Source: Hormiphora californensis (Eukaryota > Animalia > Ctenophora). Taken from it: 64,000 nucleotides of DNA. A program made the position numbers and the translations under genes. Below, piece by piece: positions 63,566 through 64,000 of this stretch. Where the stretch lies: assembly GCA_020137815.1 (NCBI GenBank), contig CM035353.1, forward strand, positions 3,286,001 through 3,350,000, in the 5' to 3' direction. The notes under the pieces are model-generated. The model saw only the letters and a list, made by a program, of their open reading frames with translations, ran no database searches and was not told the DNA's origin. Every line of letters starts with the position of its first letter. Position 1 is the stretch's first letter.

Positions 63566-64000
63566 ATACATAAAAAGATATAAACCCGGCTGGCTCCTAT
63601 CAACAGGCTATCTGCCATAGCGAGAGAGAGAGAGAGAGAGGGGGAGAGAGAGGGAGGAGAGAGAGAGAGAGATAGAAGAAGAGATAGAGCGAGCGAGAGA
63701 GGGGGGGGAGGAAATGGAGTGCACTGAAAGGGGAGGTGACTTGTGCTATTCTGAAGAGCATACCGAGATTCAGGAACCTGAAGAATAGATTAGTTGTGGT
63801 AGTGTGGGCGAGTGAACTTACCGCTCCTTATCGGGAGCATGCCCTGCAAATGAAATCCCTAGAATAAGGGGGTTAAGATTTGTGATAATTATCGGTTTCC
63901 ATTTCTTACCTTGGTCGACCTGATTGGAATGGTATGGCTGAATTGTGTACCCTTTACAGGACCTGGGCGAGTGGGATAAGACAAACACCCCATCCAACCC

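Overview
Eukaryotic, intron-rich animal DNA. Several repeats and a secreted-protein domain resemble ones I recall from ctenophores (Pleurobrachia-like); this is inference, not tested. Bases 1-34.3 kb are mostly clean. They contain an antisense LINE inside a zyxin/LPP-family LIM gene, a 6-kb intergenic zone packed with palindromic non-autonomous DNA transposons, and a compact co-oriented FITM2-TYMS-SCYL1 cluster. They also hold nested MITEs, a secreted unknown-domain + 2-sushi gene and a GPCR split by a 140-bp insertion. About 35-50.5 kb is heavily error-laden (inflated homopolymers) and 50.5-64 kb is moderately so. There, an F-type lectin repeat gene, an EGF/sushi gene and an intronic L2/CR1-type LINE are recognisable only as motifs. 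Highlights: (1) a train of different MITEs joined end to end through single TTAA-like tetramers; (2) two near-identical, complete 608-bp Helitrons in inverted orientation bracketing FITM exon 2; (3) a ~54-copy minisatellite built from an SCYL1 exon end plus its splice donor; (4) a transposon insertion in the GPCR that carries a GT-AG pair able to restore the reading frame.
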